From the NCBI GenBank assembly GCA_903831805.1, contig CAIKZD010000007.1:7886-71885 (forward strand): 64,000 bases of DNA. Direction: 5' to 3'. Both the position numbers and the translations under genes were made by a program. This stretch comes from an uncultured bacterium (GTDB lineage Bacteria > Patescibacteriota > Minisyncoccia > Moranbacterales > UBA2206). Each line of letters begins with the position of its first letter. Within the stretch, counting starts at the first letter, position 1. This document shows, piece after piece, positions 59,258 to 64,000 of this stretch. The notes under the pieces were generated by a model. It was not told where the DNA came from and did no database searches. It saw nothing but the letters and a program-made list of their open reading frames with translations.

Positions 59258-60187
59258 ATGATTTTTATGAGGGACATGCAGAAAAATTTTTCCTTGATGA
59301 TTGCGCCGTCTTATCGTTGTAATGCCAATTGCCAATATTGCTATACCAAGGGCTATATCAGCAAATTTAAAAAAGATATGGATCTTTTGACTTTTATTGG
59401 TTTGGTTGAGGCTCATCAAAAACATGAGAACCTAAACCTGAGCATTATTGGTGGAGAGCCGACTATTTGGAAACATATTAACAATGCCCTGCTCTATTGC
59501 AGATTAAGAAAGGTTAAAGCGACAGTTTTCAGTAATGGACTCGAAAAATTGCGGATTATGCCGAGCCGAATGTATCTGAATTCTTCTCAGTATTTTGAAA
59601 AAAACAGGCGGGAAAAATTCATCGAAAGTTTGGAATTTTATTCAAAAAAGAAAGTTAAAACAGTTTTGCGCTATAATGTTGAAGGAAATTGTTCTGATGA
59701 CAAGTTGGATGAGTTGATTGCGTTGGCGGTAGAATATGAAGCAGGCATTCATTTGGCCTTAGTTGTTCCGTATACAATCGACAAAGCTCTTGGCAAGCGA
59801 ATTTTTGAGATGCTGCAAAAAGTTGTTGCAGCTGGCATAGTCTGTCGTTCAGCTAATCCAATTCCACCTTGCATGTTTGATGCTGTTCAGCTTGAGTGGA
59901 TGAGAAAAAATGTCGGCTATTATTCCGCTTGTGATCTGGGCAGTATCCCACTCATCAATCCGGATGGAAAGACTGTCCAGCCATGCTCCAAAATGTTTTT
60001 GTTTAAAGAAATGAAAAAGGACGGACTTTCAAAAAACGAGATAAAATTAATGTATCAAAAAGAAATGGAGACGATAAAAAACAAACTTCCCATGGAAAAA
60101 TGTTACCAGTGCGAGCATTTCATCAACGAAGAATGTTTTGGCGGTTGTATGGCTTCCCGGGCGAATGAGTTCTATGGATGTGGATAG
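59258..60187 (+). CDS. Radical SAM protein with SPASM-like C-terminus
   Basis: CNANCQYC, IIGGEPT, C-terminal C..C....C.GGC. Confidence 0.9.
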   Translation: MIFMRDMQKNFSLMIAPSYRCNANCQYCYTKGYISKFKKDMDLLTFIGLVEAHQKHENLNLSIIGGEPTIWKHINNALLYCRLRKVKATVFSNGLEKLRIMPSRMYLNSSQYFEKNRREKFIESLEFYSKKKVKTVLRYNVEGNCSDDKLDELIALAVEYEAGIHLALVVPYTIDKALGKRIFEMLQKVVAAGIVCRSANPIPPCMFDAVQLEWMRKNVGYYSACDLGSIPLINPDGKTVQPCSKMFLFKEMKKDGLSKNEIKLMYQKEMETIKNKLPMEKCYQCEHFINEECFGGCMASRANEFYGCG

Positions 60188-60205
60188 CTTGTTATTTCAA
60201 AAATC

Positions 60206-61870
60206 TTAGTTGATATCGTAACTTTCAGGATTTCCTTTTTTCAAGCAATACATTTCATTGGCGTAAGTCGGCAGGAAAAATCTTTTAGTTTTGGGATTGT
60301 AGGCAATTCTATTGGTGATTCTTTCGGTAGTGGTGAAATGCCCGGTTATTTTTCCAGTCAAGAGATCTATTTCAAGCATGATGCCGGAAGTTGAACCGAC
60401 GTAGATCTTGCCTTCAATTACTTGCGGCTGGGCGAAAATCCGGCCGCCACAGTCGGTGTGCCAGTTGAGTTTTCCACTGTCAAGATTGACGCTATAGAGA
60501 TGTTTGTCCATTGAGCCGAAATAGACGTTATCGCCGTGAACCAGCGGAGTGGAATAGATGGGTTCTTTAGTTTGGAACTTTCCTTTGACTTTTCCGGAGT
60601 CGATATCGAGGGCGTAGACATTCTTATCAAATGATCCAAACAAGAGCAGATTGCGTTTGACATCAAAAACCAAAGAAGCCTTAATTTCTCCGCCGGTGCG
60701 ATATTTCCATTTCAATTTTCCTGTTTCGGCGTCAAAGAGATAGACATAAAAATCATTACACCCAACGGCCACCACTTTTCTCTCTGGGCAATAGGCGGGG
60801 GAACAATGAGTGAAATCTGGCATACGATAGTCCCAAACTTTTTTGCCAGTTTTAAGGTCTAGGGCGGTTAGGCCACCTTGTTTTTTGAATAATCCGAACT
60901 CTAAGCCGATGAACAATATTCCTAACTCAGGCGCGACAGCCGGAGAAGATCCGACAAATTCGGCGTCCATATTTTTCCAGCGCAGGCGGCCGGTATTTTT
61001 ATTAATAGCATAAACATTACCGTCATACGCCCCGAAATAGACAGTATCTTTGTATATGGCCGGTGAAGACAAAATTATTTTGTCAGATGAGACGCTGTAT
61101 CCGGTCTCTTCGAATTTCCAAGCTACGGTGCCATCATTTTGATTGAGCGCCCAAAGACAGCCATTATCAGCGCCGAAATAGACTTTTTCCTCGTCGAGCA
61201 CTGGCGATGATTTTCCGAGTCGCAGGAAAAAAGCCGGATTAGGACTGGCGAATCTCCAAAAAAGTTTGAATTTCTGTGTTTCTTGGATAATTTTTTCTGG
61301 AATAGAGAGTCCGATATCCGCCAGGCTATACAAGGAATATAGCGAGATGTTTTTTTGCGCTAGAATTTCTTTATTTTCATCTCTAAAACTGACCAGGACG
61401 AAAGCTTTCGTAGCTTTTTTCTCAGCATATTCTAAAACTTTGGCTTGACGCAGGAGTGTGCCGCCGCTATTGGTCAGATCATCCACCAGGATTATTTTTT
61501 CATCGTTCAATTTCCCTTCAATGATTTTTTGCAAGCCGGTTGGTTTTCTGGATTTTCTAATGAAAAAACCATTGACGGGTTTCCCGATTTTTTGACTGTG
61601 CAGTACGATGGCACTGAGCAAGGGAATGGCGGCGATTTCTTGGCCGCCAACTTGGAAAGGGTACTCTTTTTCGAATTGATGCCAAAAAATTTCGACAATT
61701 AACTCCAATGCCTGCGGGTCAAGAAAGATATTTCTAAAATCCAGGAGCCAAGATTTCTCTTCGGATTTTTCTCCATTAGACGAAAAAGATGGTTGCTGCT
61801 CGCCGGTGATGAGAACATCTTTTTTGATTATTTCCAACAGGAGTTCTTTTTTTCTGGTAATTCCATCCAT
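60206..61870 (-). CDS. Orotate-PRTase-like domain fused to PQQ-type beta-propeller
   Basis: FFIRKSRKPTG..KIIEG loop, IILVDDLTNSGGT PRPP motif; repeated SSP...VYFG..DG.VYA...TG...W. Confidence 0.85.
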   Translation of the reverse strand: MDGITRKKELLLEIIKKDVLITGEQQPSFSSNGEKSEEKSWLLDFRNIFLDPQALELIVEIFWHQFEKEYPFQVGGQEIAAIPLLSAIVLHSQKIGKPVNGFFIRKSRKPTGLQKIIEGKLNDEKIILVDDLTNSGGTLLRQAKVLEYAEKKATKAFVLVSFRDENKEILAQKNISLYSLYSLADIGLSIPEKIIQETQKFKLFWRFASPNPAFFLRLGKSSPVLDEEKVYFGADNGCLWALNQNDGTVAWKFEETGYSVSSDKIILSSPAIYKDTVYFGAYDGNVYAINKNTGRLRWKNMDAEFVGSSPAVAPELGILFIGLEFGLFKKQGGLTALDLKTGKKVWDYRMPDFTHCSPAYCPERKVVAVGCNDFYVYLFDAETGKLKWKYRTGGEIKASLVFDVKRNLLLFGSFDKNVYALDIDSGKVKGKFQTKEPIYSTPLVHGDNVYFGSMDKHLYSVNLDSGKLNWHTDCGGRIFAQPQVIEGKIYVGSTSGIMLEIDLLTGKITGHFTTTERITNRIAYNPKTKRFFLPTYANEMYCLKKGNPESYDIN

Positions 61871-61890
61871 AAGTTTTTGGTTAGCCCGGA

Positions 61891-62631
61891 TTACTTGCTA
61901 AGGAGTGTCATATACACCGTGTCCTCATCCTCGTTTTCGATATCTAGCATTTCATTGGTTCTTTGGTTATGAAAGCCCACGCTGTTGCAACACTTGATGC
62001 CAAGGGCGGAAGCGGTCAGGGCAAAATTGTGGTTCAGGTGGCCCGCCTCCAAAAGGGTGATGCGATAGCCGCGATTATCATATTTCATGAAATTTCTGTC
62101 CCAAACTGCCGTAGTGAAAAGCACCACTGCGGCCAGTCTTGACCAAGGATAGAACAATCCTTCTATGATCCCGCCCATATATTCAGGATCAATGGTCAAT
62201 GTCTCCAGGGCGTTGTCCTTAACGTTGAAATGATATATGCCGGGAATCATACCTTCGACACGTTGGATTACGGCGTATACTTCCAGTGGATAGCGCGCTC
62301 CGCCGGAAGGATAGAACCGGCGAACAGCTTCTCCTTCGACATCCGGAGTTCTTATGCCTGCCGAATAGGATAAAATAGTGGACAGTTCGTCGAAGGATAT
62401 TTTTTTTGTCCAATCAAACTCCCTCTCGGAATGGCGATTTTCCAAGCTGTTTTTTAACATTCCTAAATCTAATAAATTTTTGGACAGTTCTTTTTTGGGG
62501 AATCGCGGATAACTTTTGTGATAAATCTCTTCCCATTCTTTAGGCCAATATTGAGAATCGGTAGGCGGAGTGCCAATGGCAAAATCAAAGTTAGCTTTTT
62601 TATGGAATTTTTTAGAAAATATGCCTTTCAT
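61891..62631 (-). CDS. SagB/ThcOx-family FMN dehydrogenase
   Basis: R.S.REF, RFYPSGGARYPLEVY, KY..RGYRITLLEAGH. Confidence 0.92.
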   Translation of the reverse strand: MKGIFSKKFHKKANFDFAIGTPPTDSQYWPKEWEEIYHKSYPRFPKKELSKNLLDLGMLKNSLENRHSEREFDWTKKISFDELSTILSYSAGIRTPDVEGEAVRRFYPSGGARYPLEVYAVIQRVEGMIPGIYHFNVKDNALETLTIDPEYMGGIIEGLFYPWSRLAAVVLFTTAVWDRNFMKYDNRGYRITLLEAGHLNHNFALTASALGIKCCNSVGFHNQRTNEMLDIENEDEDTVYMTLLSK

Positions 62632-62650
62632 AGGATTGTAGTTTTAAAGT

Positions 62651-64000
62651 TTAACTGAAAGGGTGGGGTTCTTGACAGAGTGTTTCAGCCGGAAGATAGC
62701 CGGTTTTTTTTGGGACTTCGTGCAGTCTTTTACCGCCAAGATAAGGCAATTCTTCATCCAAATGCATTGGTTGAAGTTCTGGGATGATAACTTGAACACT
62801 GCGCAAGCCTATTTTTTTCACCGCTGGAGTGGAAAGTTCTACGTAGCAAGCTTCATATTTTTTATCCCCCAATTCTTTTATGAGCAGCTGAAGCTTATCT
62901 TTGTAATATTTTTCACCGTCTGTTTTTTCTTGAGTATTGAAAAAATTCTCTTCCGTTTCCAAATTTAATTTTATTTTTTCGCCTTGTGTCATGAAATCCA
63001 AGCGAGGCATATTTTCCGGGCGAGCCCAATAGATCATGCGGTCAATCATATTAAATTTTTTCAAGTCCGGAAGTGGAGATTCTTTTTTAATATCCCAATT
63101 TTTCTTCAGATACATTCGGATGGAGAAAGCTTCGGTTAGCGCGCCCAAGATAGCTGATTTTAAATCTAATTTAGCGCTGTTTCCAATGGCAAAAGCCGGA
63201 CCATTGCCGCTTCTGTCCAAAATGATAGCGGAAACAATGGAAGCGGAAAAATCAGTGGGAAGTTTGACTAGATATACTTCTAAGCCATATCTTTTGAACA
63301 TTTTATAAACCTTTTCCAAGTCTTCGTCTTGAAAAGAAAGGTGTTCAAAATCCAAAACCGGTGGAGAAAGTTTGTTAAGATAGGATATGATGTAGGCGTC
63401 TCTTTCGATTATCTCCAGAATTCCCTTAACAATCGCTTCTTCCAGTGGTCCGGAGGTTGTGGCCGCGCCGGTAGTGATGCAATGGCGTAACAGTGGCTCT
63501 TTGTCGTTGCCTATGCCAGTCCCTTTCACGTTCCTATTGAAATAGCTAGAATTTATCAGTTGGGCCGGGCAGAAAATATTTTTATGCGGAGCGTGTCCGG
63601 TCAAAGAGATGGCTGGTATCCAACCAAAGACAGCGTTTTGGTCAAAATTCATCCAATTGCAACTCTTTTTTTGTTCTTCGGAAAACCCGGCCAGTTTAAA
63701 AATGTTTAGGGCTTTAGATTTAATTTTTGCATAAGGAAGATGCTGAATGTTTTGCAAAAGATGGTCATTGGTTTTCCAAAGGCTTCTCTCGGTTGCTTCC
63801 CCAATAGCCTTCCATAGAGCGGATTCTTCATTGAAAAAATCGCCGCCTGAACTGCCGAGGTTCATTTTTTGCATAGTTATGGAGAATCGATGAAAAAACG
63901 GCTCGTCGTAAAATTTTGGGCTTTTTATAATTTTTCCAATTATTCCGATGGCTTGCAATTTTTCCGCCGTGCTAATGGCACTAAAGAGTTTCGAGTCAGT
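62651..64000 (-). CDS. YcaO-family protein (frame open to window edge, 5'-truncated)
   Basis: KAIGEATER, TTGAA, GILEIIERDA, ALTEA, VIIPELQP, Pro-rich C-terminus EPHPFS. Confidence 0.92.
   Translation of the reverse strand, partial: TDSKLFSAISTAEKLQAIGIIGKIIKSPKFYDEPFFHRFSITMQKMNLGSSGGDFFNEESALWKAIGEATERSLWKTNDHLLQNIQHLPYAKIKSKALNIFKLAGFSEEQKKSCNWMNFDQNAVFGWIPAISLTGHAPHKNIFCPAQLINSSYFNRNVKGTGIGNDKEPLLRHCITTGAATTSGPLEEAIVKGILEIIERDAYIISYLNKLSPPVLDFEHLSFQDEDLEKVYKMFKRYGLEVYLVKLPTDFSASIVSAIILDRSGNGPAFAIGNSAKLDLKSAILGALTEAFSIRMYLKKNWDIKKESPLPDLKKFNMIDRMIYWARPENMPRLDFMTQGEKIKLNLETEENFFNTQEKTDGEKYYKDKLQLLIKELGDKKYEACYVELSTPAVKKIGLRSVQVIIPELQPMHLDEELPYLGGKRLHEVPKKTGYLPAETLCQEPHPFS

Overview
Chromosomal window from a small-genome bacterium. 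The gene style, intron-bearing unlinked 23S and AT-rich hairpin repeats suggest Parcubacteria/CPR (inference). The left 28 kb is accessory-rich. It holds two complete diversity-generating retroelements (DGR1 at 1-2386, DGR2 at 23849-26731), each with a TR/VR pair differing only at TR adenines, Avd and RT on opposite strands, a simple-sequence repeat inside the RT 5' end ((CT)16 and G9) and an adjacent REP-associated tyrosine transposase that carries a perfect palindrome in its own coding sequence. It also holds LamG/beta-helix surface-protein genes and a 23S-5S operon without 16S that contains a group I intron with a LAGLIDADG nuclease plus intervening sequences related to repeats around a four-helix-bundle gene. 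The middle is mostly housekeeping (rodA, mscL, proS, pth, lepB, hisS, rpsU, purE, purC, cysteine synthase behind a Cys-rich leader/attenuator, ybeY, ftsA, ftsZ). The right end has a block bracketed by a duplicated ftsZ tail and the downstream end of a YcaO/SagB/radical-SAM RiPP-like cluster. All alignments and counts were done by eye; no database searches were run.
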